Assembly: GCA_012295275.1 (NCBI GenBank)
Contig: CM022677.1
Location: 14,012,001-14,076,000 of the forward strand
DNA: 64,000 nucleotides
Reading direction: 5' to 3'
Origin: Chrysomallon squamiferum
Taxonomy: Eukaryota; Animalia; Mollusca
Each line of letters begins with the position of its first letter. Position 1 is the stretch's first letter. Of this stretch, positions 1 through 13,433 are shown one piece after another. Made by a program: the position numbers and the translations under genes. The notes under the pieces are model-generated. The model did no database searches and had not been told where the DNA came from. It was given only the letters and a program-made list of their open reading frames with translations.

Positions 1-15
1 TTATGTTTGTACTAG

Positions 16-1119
16 GAGTAATCAAAACAGTTTCATTTCTAACTCACAAGAACTACATGACTTAAGGAATAATGTTGAAGTATGAGTTAATTCAGTTCAT
101 AAAGAAAAAACAGATCTATATTAATTTTGTTAAAGGAGTTGTTGTTTTTATTATTATTATTATCATTCACAAAATAATGATTTAATTTCAGGAAACAGTT
201 AATATTAGTAAACAATCAGTGAATTTTACAAATGAATTGAATTGTTAAGTATGATTTGGAAATAAAATGCATTTTTATATTAGTAAACACTAAAGAAGAC
301 AATTTGTAAGGTGAAATTTCTATTATTTGTTTTGTTTTTTTGTTGTAGTAGTCTGTGGGGTTTTTTTGCGTTGTTTTTTAAATCAAAAATATAATCTATA
401 TAACTATTGTTTTATTTTATTTATTTTTATTAATTAAGAATGAGTTTAATTTTTTTTGTCCAGGATCTAAAATATCCATGTCTATGTGTGGATTGAATGC
501 TCCTATAAAGGTATGTTTTATTCATTCACTTTTGTGTTCTATAGTTCATTTGATTAAGAATTAATTTAATCAAAAGTAGCATTTAATTAGGTGGCAGTTT
601 ATTTTTATGTACAGAATAGTATTGATAATTTTATGTAAATATTTCATAAAGCATGCCTGTTTGCTTAGTTTAAATTTAGAATCAATGTAATAATAGTTTA
701 CTTGTAATAATTTGCATTGCCGGCCTAGTACCAGTAGTAGAATAGTGAACAGAACAGTTGTATTAATTTGTAATTTACTATTATTAATACCTCACTCTAA
801 TATGAAATATATAAATTTAATACTTTATGTGGTAGGGCTAAAGTTATTTATAATATTTTGAAATTTGATAGATGGATGGAATTGGCTTGAAAGATTTTTC
901 TTATTTTGTTATTTTATCACATGTATGTGCACTACTTGCACTGTATTTTATGTTTAGTTTATTAATGAATATTACATTTTGTTGTAGGATCCTAGACAAC
1001 AGATTCAAGCTGCCTTAGCCAGCACTTCAGTTGAAAATGTTGTAAGACCCATTTTCAGAAAAGATTCACCAGAAAGCTATTACATCACAGTCTTCCCTGT
1101 CCAGAGAAAATCTGTCTGA
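16..1119 (+). pseudogene. Fragmentary spliced gene remnant, paralogous to the IRAG/LRMP-like pseudogene at 31.8-33.5 kb
   Basis: Positions ~47-140 (QELHDLRNNVE|gtatga plus intron) align with ~32497-32590. AG/GT-bounded exon 464-510 (GSKISMSMCGLNAPIK) joins in phase to 988-1119 (DPRQQIQAALASTSVENVVRP...). The phase mismatch between the first two pieces implies missing exons. Confidence 0.45.
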
Positions 1120-1900
1120 AATGTAATTTGAACTTTGAAAACTCAGTGATTTCCAAGAGACTGCATTGTCAATGTGATCAGAACATCCAGTGTACACATT
1201 GTACTTCATAGCAGCTTGCACTGTTTTTATCATTGATGTGTGCTTGGTTATTCTAATTTTTATTGCTGAAAGAGGAATAGACATTTCTGCGAGTTTTTAT
1301 AATTTGCCTTTCCCATTTTAGAAAGAATAATTGAATTATGTCAGTAAGTCATCTTTAAAAACAGAAAATAATAATTTGCCTTTCATATTTTTGGAAATAT
1401 TCTAAATCTATTTAAAAAATGTGCAAATGGAAATGTCTTCCAATTTGTTTATAATCTGTATTTTCAGTTTAATTCAATTAAAAATCTGTGGGGAAAAAAT
1501 GATAAGAAATCTAAAAACAATAACCAAAGTAGAAAATCATGCTGAAGTTGTTTCAGTTTCTTAACATTAAAAATGTTAAGGCACATTCAAATAATTTAAA
1601 ACAAAAATAAAGAATAGTCTCTGTGTTTTTATTTTTATTATGTATATATTGATAACATCTTCAGTATTTCTTGTCAGCCAACAAAAGATAATCTGATTTA
1701 ATCATTATTTTTATATATACATCTTATTCAATTTTATGAAAACAAACAATCAAAGCACCAGAATGAACACTAATCATAGTAGACAAGATCACTCTTCATT
1801 TTGTTACTAATCAAACTGGAGTTTATTAAATAGGAAGCATAATTACAATAGCATTTTAAGACAAAACTAAACATGACTTTTGTAAAAAAAAAAAAAAATA

Positions 1901-1937
<37 letters not shown>

Positions 1938-3038
1938 CACATACATTATTTCATTTTCATTATCTTTGAACTAAAGAATTACTGCAAATCTGTTTTTAAA
2001 AAAGATTGGTATTAATAAGATAAAATTATTTTTTGGCCTGATTAATTTCAGCTTTTTTCAAATATCTTTTAATGTTAATAACAACAAATCAAAATCAAGA
2101 CAATAATGTAAGAATAAATCATTAAAATAATCCAATTAATAATTATATTTTTATATCTAATTGTATATCATTTTTTTCTGTTCATTGTTTAAAAACAAAA
2201 CAACAATCAAAACACTTAGAATTTGTATTTATTTATATATAAACAAGGACACTGTCTTTCACATACAACAGTTCTCTGACAACAAACACATTAACTCTTT
2301 CTCACAGATAACATGTAAGTACCAACTCATCCTTTCACATTCACATCGGTTTATCTTTCTCTCTGTATCAACATCCACATCTGTCTGTCTTTCTCTCTGT
2401 ATCTATGTCTGCATCAATATCTCCTACATATGCATGCCTCAGATAACATACACAAATTATAATTTCCTTCAGTACACACATACAGAACTTGTTTGTATAT
2501 ATATATGTACCCATTTTCTTTTTCTAACAGCCAAATATATATACCCACATCTGTCCATGTGTTTCTCTATCAATCCATGAATTCAACAGCTTTAACAATT
2601 TTTCTGTCGCCGCCTGCTTCTCTCTATGAAGTCCAAACTTATTATTATTATTGTTATAATCTATATCTTTGTGCATCTCCCTAATAGTTTATATTCTTTC
2701 TGTGTATCTCCTACTGTTTCAGTGTTGCATATTTATTTTAAAATTAATTATTTTAAATTACTTTTGCAAAGTTGACTGTAAAATTGTTTCAGAAAATTTC
2801 ATACAAATAAATAAATAAATTATCTACAGAGGTCACGCGAGGCTCAATTACGTCAACAATTTTAGTCTACCATGTAAAACAAGTTTCCAGGGCGAAAACA
2901 CTGTTAAATACAAAATACAGGAAAAGGTGAACGATTTGAAATGAATATAAAATATCATATTATGTTTCCTGATTCTACATTTTGCTTTATAAACTGTGAT
3001 GCTGGATACGCTTAATGATTTTTTTTTTTTGTAATTGC

Positions 3039-3082
<44 letters not shown>

Positions 3083-4869
3083 TCTTTCTTTTTTTTCTTT
3101 TTTTTTTTTTTTTTAGAAAGGTTTATACGAATAAAAATGAGACCGATTGTTTGCTTTCTTTTTTCTTTTTTGTTTATTTGTACGGCGTTACGCAGTTTTA
3201 ATCAGTGAGATATTGACAACATATTTATTGCTATACTACAGAATAATTAATATTTAGAGGATTAATTAGATTATGTAAAAAAAAAAAAAAAAAACACTGC
3301 TTACATCGATATTTTATTACGTTCACCTCTGATTTTCATCATAACAAACATAAAACTGTCAGTATAATATTGGATACAGCTAAAGGAATATTATCGGCTT
3401 TTCAAGAATAATGTTAACAACAGTAAATGTCGTCGTTCAGTTTCAAATTACCTGTGAAAACTGCGCTCATGTTGACAACATAAATATCATTTATTATCAA
3501 CGTATCAACAAAAATGACTGGATTCGTATAAAGTCTGAGCTTTTATTTTATAGTGGCATTTTACAGAGCTCGACTTCTAAATTCAGAAATAAATAACTTA
3601 ATGCTTAGATATACAGGGGAAGCCACTCTATTGTGACAATATTTTTCTCTTAAACTGAGTTACAGTTTCTTCTGAACAAAACAAACAAAAAAAAAATGTT
3701 AAAAATTAATATACACTTTACTTGAATCACAAAATTTGAGTTTGCAAAGCAAACGACATTAAAATTAAAATGCACAGAGATAAGCTAAGTTTTCTGTTTT
3801 GTAAAACGCGACGTAATTCACGTTTTATATACAAAACCAGCGACGTTTATATCATAAATTGATACTGAGTGAAAATAATGTGATGTTTTATTATGTTTTA
3901 ACTCTATTTTGGATCATAAAAAATACTGATAATTTCACTTACAGTTACATTTTATTCTACTAGGAGATGTCTATTGTATTAATATTATAATTGGTAAGTT
4001 ATATCATAAAAAAAAAAAAAAAAAAAAACATGCCTTTCACTACGTCTTTTACACTTTAAGAATATTTTGTAAAGAACAGAATAGTATAATTTAAAACCTA
4101 ACTGCTACCTTAATGGAATCGCAGCAATTTATATTAATAACTTGAGAATTAATGACATAAAGTTTTCTGAAGATAATCTGAGAACGCTCGACAGAATTTA
4201 CGTTTTAATTTACTACCAGCAGTTTACAGGAATAAACTGAGACAATGAGCGAAAATAGGTAAATATAGATAAAATACAGAATGACTGAGTGAAAATACAT
4301 TAATAAGTTTCCCTTTTCCCAGACTTCTCCGTTATTTCTTTTTATTAGGTGCAAAACTGAATATCCTCCATATTTCTGATTATACTTTCCGGTTTCATAA
4401 AGAAGAGGCCACACATCTTACCACTGTTTCTGCATAACTGTAACGAGTTAAAATTCACTCGATAATAAATTTGTCACATAAACAGTGGTGGTGATTTTAT
4501 CAGAAGCGTTTTTACAGGAAAATGTGATAATTAATTACAGGTTTATGATGGTAACAATTGAATACAGCAAATGGATCTTTCTGTTTGTCTGGTATATTAG
4601 ATGAAGCTGCACGTAACAAGAAAATATCTGATAATTGTTTTTATCAAACTCAATTTAAATCAGTTTTCAAAGAAAGATTTATTTGGGATAATCGTTATTT
4701 TCCGGCTGCCAAAACTGTCGCATATTATGACATCTAAAATAATATTATGATGCTTGCTGAAGGACGAAGTTAGTGTCATTTTTAGATCATCTTCCTCTCA
4801 GAATTTTGTTTATACACGGTAGAATAGTGTAAAACTAATGACATAAGGTAATTCTAATGCAAGTACCCC

Positions 4870-5760
4870 CAAAACTTAATTCTTACGCAAACGCTACTTC
4901 TAATGATGATCCTAAAATTATTTTCACATTATTATAACATTTATAGTAATATTTACAATACCCTAACCCTAAGCTAAAGAAATACCTAACCTTCATTCTT
5001 ATGCAAAGACGATTTCTAACTCTGATCTTAACACTATTTTCCTCACTACCGTATTCCTAAGCCTAATCCAAACAATAACCCTAATCTTACCTCTAACCTA
5101 ATCTAACCCCTAACCTAATCCCTAACCTAACCCTAGCTCAACTTCTGAACGTAATCCTACCCAAGTCCACAACATGGATTCTTATGTTAACCCTGCTCCT
5201 AATGGTGACCCTCTAATTATTTTGCACATTATCGTAACACTGATAACAATCTTTAAATAAACATCACCTTAACCCTTACCATAACCCTAATTTAACCCTA
5301 ACCCTAACTTCATCCTAACCCTAACCCTAACTTCATCCTAACCCTAACCCAGACTCAATCCCTAACACTAACGAAGTCGTTAAGTTTAATTCTAATGCCA
5401 ACACTAACTCTGATCATAAAACGGTTTTGCAGATTATCATAAGACTCAGTAATAAATTTTGAATAATCCTAACACTAACCCTAATCCTAACCCTAATCCT
5501 CACCCTAAAGCTAACCACATCCGAACTTCTAAAGCTAATCTTACTCCGGTCCTGATCCTTGATTCTTATGCTAACGCTACTTCTAATCGTGAGCCTAAAA
5601 TTATTTTCCACATTATCATAACCCTCATAATAAAATGTACATAACCCGAGCCCGAACCGTAACCCTAACCTTAAGCCTAACTCTGACGCTAAAGAAGTGC
5701 CTAACGTTAATTCTTATGCAAAGTCTATTTCTTACCCTGACCTTGAAACTATTATTAAGG
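4870..5760. repeat. Interstitial degenerate telomere-like (TAACCC)n/(TTAGGG)n minisatellite with higher-order units
   Basis: Many CCCTAA/CCTAAT/CCTAAC hexamers, interleaved with six copies of an 'ATTCTTATGC(A/T)AA...TGA(T/C)C...TTATTTT' block at ~4879, 4995, 5178, 5388, 5562, 5710. Confidence 0.8.
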
Positions 5761-6270
5761 TTACTGCGGTAGATTTTAATTTTTAGACATTTGAACTACT
5801 TAAAATACTGATTTTTGTTTTCTTGCAGGTTGGATCGAATTTTGAGAAATGAACACCGATAAAACATTTTCTTATTATTCTTTTATTATTAATCTGTTTT
5901 CTTAACTTGTTGATACATTTTGACTGAATGTGGCGTCTATGAACACAGATAAGGTGTTTTCAGTTTAATTAGGTAGTTGACCTGATTCAGTACTTTTATT
6001 ACTTTTGGCAGAGCTGTTACTTTTTCCTTGTACTGCCAGCACTACTGCTTCTGCTTTTCTTACTGTTTTTAGTTTTATTGTTGTTATTTATTTATTTATT
6101 TACTTATTTATTTATTTATTTGTTAACTTGTTTATTTATGTATTTGTTTATTTGTTTATTTGCTGTTTATTAATATGTCTATTTATTTAGTCTTAATGTT
6201 GTTTTTTTTCATTTATTTACTTATTTATCTTTTCTATTCGGGCGTGCAAATGTTTTATTTATTAAAAACT

Positions 6271-6361
<91 letters not shown>

Positions 6362-6363
6362 TA

Positions 6364-6556
6364 AGTTGACTTTGTACTAAAATAATCTTTATCTCTATTT
6401 AATCAACTTTAGTCTTGGCAAAACAGATTAGTAGGTCATGTTATATCTAACACGTGTTTCAATAACATGACAAAGAGATGACAAAAACTGGATCCACGGT
6501 CATAATAGTATTCCAACTTTCCAACATACAAAAATTTGATCATAAAGGAATTATTA

Positions 6557-6617
<61 letters not shown>

Positions 6618-7428
6618 ATGAATTTTATTTCAAATATTTTAATTTACATTAAACCATTAAACCAAGTGTTTCCTCTGTACCTAGTGTTATCTTGAATAGA
6701 ACAAAGATTAAAGAAGATTTATTTTAAGAAGTGTTTTATCTGTGTCAGTCACGCGGTCAGCAGATTGTTGGAGAGAAAAATATTTGATATCAGGTCTGTA
6801 CTCATATTAAATCACTGAATTGTCAGAAAATTAGTTACAACAGGGAAATTTTACTATTAGATATTCTGATTATTTTCTGTTGTCGCATAAGCCATATAGA
6901 CACGAATATTACTTTTTGTTATAAATAGCAACATGTTCATGTAATAATTTTAGAATATGGAAGAGGGGGAAGAGATAACGGCTGCTTGACTACAACACAC
7001 ACACACACTCACACGCACACACATATATATACAAACATACATATATGCAGCAATAAATATAAACATATGCGTGTGTATATGTTTGTGTGCGAATTCATAA
7101 TAAAATCATACGCTCACACATACTTATACATACATGCATATATGCTAGAAAAAAATGATATTGTGTGTGTGTGAGTGCGCGTGCGTATTTGATTTAATAT
7201 GAATTCTTAGGTTCAGTAAAGTAAATCGCTGTCAAGATATATGTATGATAATAATCACAAACGCACTGATTTGACCCAAAGTGAAAAAAAACGTCGTCTG
7301 CAAGCTTGTGATTCTAATTTACTTTAGAAAATGAAAACAAATAAAATAAATAAATAAATAAATAAATGGACATTGATATATATTTTGTTTAAAAGCAGAT
7401 CATTTGTTGAGAAATATTAATAATAATA

Positions 7429-7515
<87 letters not shown>

Positions 7516-7915
7516 AGCTGACTTTGTACTAAAGCAAATTTGTTCATCGCCAGATAAGAAAGGTGAGATAACGCAGAGAACTTTAGTCTTGACAAAACAG
7601 AGTAGTAGGTCTTGTTTCGCTCACTCGTGTTTTAATAACAATTTAACAAACTGTACACAGATAACAAATATTTCAAACTATGATCGTAGAAATACTCGAA
7701 TTTACAATATATAATATAGTTAATTAAAATGCAGCTAAATTTTATTAGATCAAAAATATGACTTTGGCAATTTCAGACGATTTACACTTATTACAATGAA
7801 ATTAAAATTTACAGAACAATTTAGTTTTTACATGCAACCACAGCATTAGCATTTGTATTAATATTAGCAGTGGTATAAGTAACAATAATAGTAGTAGATA
7901 TAGTAGTAGTAGTAA

Positions 7916-7971
<56 letters not shown>

Positions 7972-8176
7972 AGACTAGTAGTTATAACAGCAGTAGTAAT
8001 ATTCTTAGGGTATGGATATATTTTTATATTATATTAATATAATGTGTGTGTCTGCGTATCCTGTGTTTATTCTGTGTGTATGTGTGTATATGACTTTTAA
8101 TTGTCGTTGTCTTAATTTCTCTTAAGTAATTTCATTCAGCATATATGTATGATGATGATAATAATACTAATAACAA

Positions 8177-8216
<40 letters not shown>

Positions 8217-8635
8217 TAACCCTTTTTAATTTTAAGTCCACCAGAAAGGCAGTATCTAACAAAAATAATAAACATAATAATAATTAAAAAATAATATTAA
8301 TATTTAATAATAATAATAATAAAATAATAATTTGAAAAACATTCCATAGAATTCTCATAAAATCATACGTTTCCTATTGTAATTTTATTTATTTACTGTG
8401 TGCGTGTGTGAAACGTTAGCTTGTACTGAGTTTATCTCTAGACAATCAATTTAAGTTAGCCAAGTAAACATTACTCTTGACACGACAGATTAGTAAGTCA
8501 CGTTATCACTGACACGTGTTTTAGTAATAAATTAATTATACACGAGATGAACATACATAACTAAATATAAACAGAGTAAACAAATGTTAATATTTAAAAT
8601 AAAATATGATCATAAAGAAATTTGAATTTACAAGA
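6364..8635 (+). repeat. Three diverged copies of a ~200-bp module spaced ~1 kb apart
   Basis: 'CTTTGTACTAAA...TCTTG(G/A)CAAAACAGA(T)TAGTAGGTC...CACGTGTTT...ATGATC(A/G)TA' recurs at ~6364, ~7515 and ~8415; the first two copies directly follow (CT)n tracts. Confidence 0.65.
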
Positions 8636-8667
8636 TTAGAAATAGCAGTTGTTATTGTAATAGTTAC

Positions 8668-8698
<31 letters not shown>

Positions 8699-9459
8699 AA
8701 GGTGTAGCAACAGGGCTAGTATTAACACGTGCAGTATTAGTAACACTGGTAACAGTATTGTGTAGTAGTAACAACAGTAATAATAGTAATAGCTATAGTA
8801 GAAGTATTGACAGTGGTAGTAGTCGTAGAATTAAAAGTAGTTTTATCAAATATAGTAACAGTAGTTAAAGTAACTGAAGTAAAGTACTAATAATAGTTTA
8901 CTTGTATTGATATTAGTAGTGGTAGTAAAGCTGTAGCAGCACAGTACTATTAGCAGTTTTAGTAATAATAGTAGTAGTAACACTAGTAATAATGGTTGTA
9001 GAAGTATCTGTTGTCGTTTGTTCTATTTGTAAAATATAATACAAGTTAACAGCAGTGAGAATGTTACAAAAAATGTTGTAATATTACAGGTAACAGTAGT
9101 TCTGATAAGTAAATATAAAAATACCCCACCATTATTTAAACAAAGCCGAACCTGCTGTTTTGTCTCATGTTAAAGAGAAAAGATAAACGTATTTTGTTGA
9201 TGAGTAATCTTTTTAATTGACGTAATTGTCAGTTTACTAAATAAGGCCATGCATTGTGACTGAAATACCTTACCTGAGTTTTATCTCCATCACGACATGA
9301 TCAAAGTTCACTTCAAGCGGTTATATTAGATCACGTATTTCTTTGTTTATCTCATACAACTGAAACCTGGTTTCCACGTTAACTCAGCTTCGTTGTCATC
9401 GCCCTGCTAGAAAATATCCATCCAAGTAAGAACTCCATTTTATTTTATGAATGTTGTAT

Positions 9460-9538
<79 letters not shown>

Positions 9539-9643
9539 AGAACTCATGTTGATGGAATACTTTCAAATTTTAGTTTTCTTGGATATGTGTATTTTTATAT
9601 TTTTATTTATTTATTTATTTATTTATTACTGTTGTTGTTGATG

Positions 9644-9684
<41 letters not shown>

Positions 9685-10302
9685 TTGCTATGTTGATGTT
9701 ATCAGTTTTATTGTATCGAGTTTGACCTCATGATAAATAAATCAATTTATTTCACGTACATCGATTATTAAGTTTATTAGGTGCAGATAGAAATGTATGT
9801 AAACGTTATATCTTTTCACATCTAATCAAACACAGTGCAGTTTTCTAACAGTCCTTTTAAAAATCCAGAGAATTTTTTGAACAACACACACACACACACA
9901 CACACATTTCAATCTTTTTCTTATTCACCATATTATCTGAATGTTTAATTACTGTTTGATAGTATGTGCATGTGTATGTATATGTGCACAAACACACACA
10001 CACACATATGCATTCATACATGGATATGTATATATTTCTGTTCTTCTTGTTTTGGAATACAAGAAAAAAAGAAGAAGAAATAACAAATAAATAAATGCAT
10101 AACTAAAAAAACAACAAAAAATTTCTATCCAGTGGTTAAATACAGTATTTTTCTCTATCCTTCTACAAACGAATCGCTGTGTCTATTATTAGTACATGAA
10201 TGAGATACTCGGATAACCATTGTAATTTTAATTAATCTTCTACGTTAGTTATGATTTTTATTGCTGTTTACCACAAGATTAAAAATCTTTCAGAATTTTT
10301 AA

Positions 10303-10352
<50 letters not shown>

Positions 10353-10900
10353 CAAAAGAAAGATAAGCATTGAAGCTTACACCCTTCCTTTTTTCAGTTG
10401 GTATCTTCTTCTCACTGTGTGTTGTCTGTCAAAACCAACTTCAGTCACAAGTTGAAATTGCAGAGGACTACAGAACTATTTCCGGGTATTACATTTTTCA
10501 TAAAGAAAAAAATATCGATTTAGATATTTATTTACCATCACTACTACTGAGAAATTACCTGCAGGGCTTACGATATAATACGTTTTAAAATAAAATTTAA
10601 AACTTTGTTATATCGTATAAGTTTATTTATTTATTTATACTTTTTTTATTCAGTAGTCATTTGTTTATTCTGAGATTTTGTAAACCTGACTTTATAATTA
10701 TTTCAAAGAATACATTACTTCAGGTTTCTTTTACTGTACACGTACGAGTTGGATCATGAATAGCGAAATTATCTTGCAGCATTCATGTACACTCAGATGT
10801 TTATTTTGTTGTTTTTTACTACAGTCAGTGGTTTTCAACTGGTTTTCTTTGTTATCTCTAAATATTTATTATTATTATTATTATTATTATTCACACAGAT

Positions 10901-13029
10901 ATGGCAACAGCTGCAAACTCCGATGATAATCTTTCGTGCTGCATTTGTAGTGAACTTTTCAAGAAGCCGCGAATGTTAAACTGTGGACATTCGTTTTGCA
11001 GCAAATGCCTGCAGGACTATATAAGTCATAATTACAGCACAAACGACATAAAAATCACCTGCCCGTTCTGCAGGCAGGATGTCCACATCTCAGACAGCTC
11101 GAAACCAGTGAATACATGGGCAGATCAATTCCCTATAAACCTTTCACTACAGAACGCCGCTAATGATCGGCTACAATCAAAGTTTTGTGAGTCAGCAGTG
11201 TTGTGTTTAGATTTGTCACAATAAAAAACTAAAAAAAAAAATTGAGTGATTGTTTAACTAAAAATATTTGTGATATGTATTAACCACGACAGCCTAAAGA
11301 AATAGAGGAAATTTTATTTAACATTTTCTACTCAGAATTTTTAAAGTAGTTGATAAAATAAATTCTGAAACTTCACATTGCAGACATATATTTATTAATA
11401 ATAAGTAGTCCTAGTTAATTAATTAATTCACTGATTGATTATTTATTTATTTATTTATTTATTTCAGCTCAAAAGGGAGATTACATTTCAATTCTGAGTT
11501 CTGTTTCTGAAAGTCTCAAAACCTTTAAAGAAGTTCTTCAGACAGAGATGGATGATATGATTGAGCAACTTCGCCAAGCCGTCGACATCAACGTCGTGGA
11601 CACTGCAGAAGAGGTCAGAAGGATTGGTAACACACTAATCACAGATTTTACTGCCGCAGTCCACAAAGAACAAGACAGGTTAATAAGAGAAATAGAAAAA
11701 TCTCAGAACTATGTAAACTCAGAAATAGACAAATTATTCAATGAACACAAACATCTGATTGAGGAAAACGAAAAAATGATAAAATTGGGGGAAGATTTGC
11801 TGACAAGAAAATCAGAGTCAGATATAAAAATTAACATTTCAAAATTCACCAAACTTCAAAACACAACTTCCGAGTTTTTGTTCAAATCTCGTTCCCAAAT
11901 AGAAAAAGCAAAGTTTAAAATAAATCTGATAAAATCTGATAAAAAGGCAGAAATGTCAGTCCACATTGGAGAAATATCGACAAACATCCAAACAGACACA
12001 CAGATAGACACACTCAAACACATACACACCATTTACACGGAAACACAACACACAGACACACAGATAGACAGACAGACAGACACACTCAAACACACAGACA
12101 CCATTAACACAAAAACACAACATACAGACACACAGATAGACAGACAGACAGACACACTCAAACACACAGACACCATTAACACAAAAACACAACACACAGA
12201 CACACAGATAGACAGACAGACAGACACACTCAAACACACAGACACCATTAACACAAAAACACTAGAAGATAAATTCAGTACTTGTCCGGATTCCCTGCTG
12301 GTGTCAGGTGCAGAAAAAAGCAAAATTGTTGTTAGTGATTATAACAATGTCTGTGTAAAATGTTTTTGTTTAGAAAGAAAATCACTGATAAAAAGATACG
12401 AAACTTCCTCTCCACGATTCGGTCTTGCTGAATCACGTGATCAGCGGGGTGATGTTGTTGTTGTTGTTGCTGTGCCAGGTAAACGTAAAATATTGTTTTT
12501 AAATTTGAAAAACTTCAAACTGGTAAAAACAATTACAACTGTTAAACGGTATCGATATATCGCTGTGTTACCTGGCAACCGTCTCGCGGTCACTGAGTAC
12601 AATGGTCAGTGCTTGGACATACTGACAGACAGTGGTCAGCACATTAATTCTATCTCAACATATTTGATCCCCAGTCCGTGCAGTCTCACAGTTCATGATC
12701 AATGTCTGATTGTTGTGTCAAAGAAAGCAAATGAAAACAGTTTAGTTTGTGTGACGTCATCAGGTGACGTCAGATGGGAGTCACGTGATTCCGACAAACT
12801 GAGAGACTTGAGAGGTGTTACATGTGACAGAGAGGGAAATATTTTTGTTTGTGATTATGATAGAAATTGTGTTGTTCAGGTGTCACAAGGTGGTAACATT
12901 ACACGTGACATCCTCACTGACCAGGATGGACTGTCCGGACCTTGGTCTGTCTGTTGTGATGACAACAAACTGTACGTGGGAGAGTTCGACACCGGAGAAA
13001 TAAAAATATTTACATGGTGTAAAAAGTAA
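10901..13029 (+). CDS. TRIM-like RING E3 ligase (RING-HC + coiled coil + repeat linker + NHL-like beta-propeller), copy A; join(10901..11186,11468..13029), 615 aa
   Basis: C3HC4 RING (CCIC...CGHSFCSKC...CPFC). Donor GTGAGT at 11187 and acceptor TTTCAG at 11462-11467 give a phase-1 junction in frame with ORF 11548-13029. C-terminal NHL-like blades (RGVTCDREGNIFVCDYDRNCVVQV; LSGPWSVCCDDNKLYVGE). A CACAG acceptor just before the ATG implies a non-coding upstream exon. Confidence 0.9.
12043..12258 (+). repeat. In-frame 72-bp (24-aa) tandem repeat x3 within TRIM copy A
   Basis: TQHTDTQIDRQTDTLKHTDTINTK three times (units start 12043, 12115, 12187), preceded by a partial unit; copy B has one unit. 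Confidence 0.95.
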
Positions 13030-13351
13030 ACTTCAACCTGTTTGCTAAATTAGTTTCACTTTAACTGTTTTGAAGTTAAAAGACATTTCTTTCTTTACAT
13101 GAATTGATAAATAAACAGAAAATGAGTTATATTATTTATTTACTTATTAATTTAGTTAATTAAGTAATTAATTTAGTTACTTTGTTTAATTTCATTTCTT
13201 TTTTTTATTAAATATAATACCTAATTCATCAATTCGTTATTATTTGTTTTAATTACGATTATTATTCTTAAAGTCTCGTTTAAAAATACTAAATTGCAAG
13301 ATAAATTTCAAAACAAAATGTGATTTACTTTAAAAATTTTCTCCCAGTTTT

Positions 13352-13433
<82 letters not shown>

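Noticed and set aside
5414-5644. NPNPNP and RVRIRV ORFs
   Set aside because: Translations of the TAACCC-like repeat.
6005-9733. ORFs with poly-SL, poly-ER, poly-L, poly-I or YI runs, here and throughout the window
   Set aside because: Translations of (CT)n, (GA)n, (ATT)n and (TA)n microsatellites, not genes.
11956-12323. Cys/Val-rich antisense ORFs over the TRIM linker (also 55516-55917)
   Set aside because: Shadow frames of the CA/CAGA-rich coding repeat.
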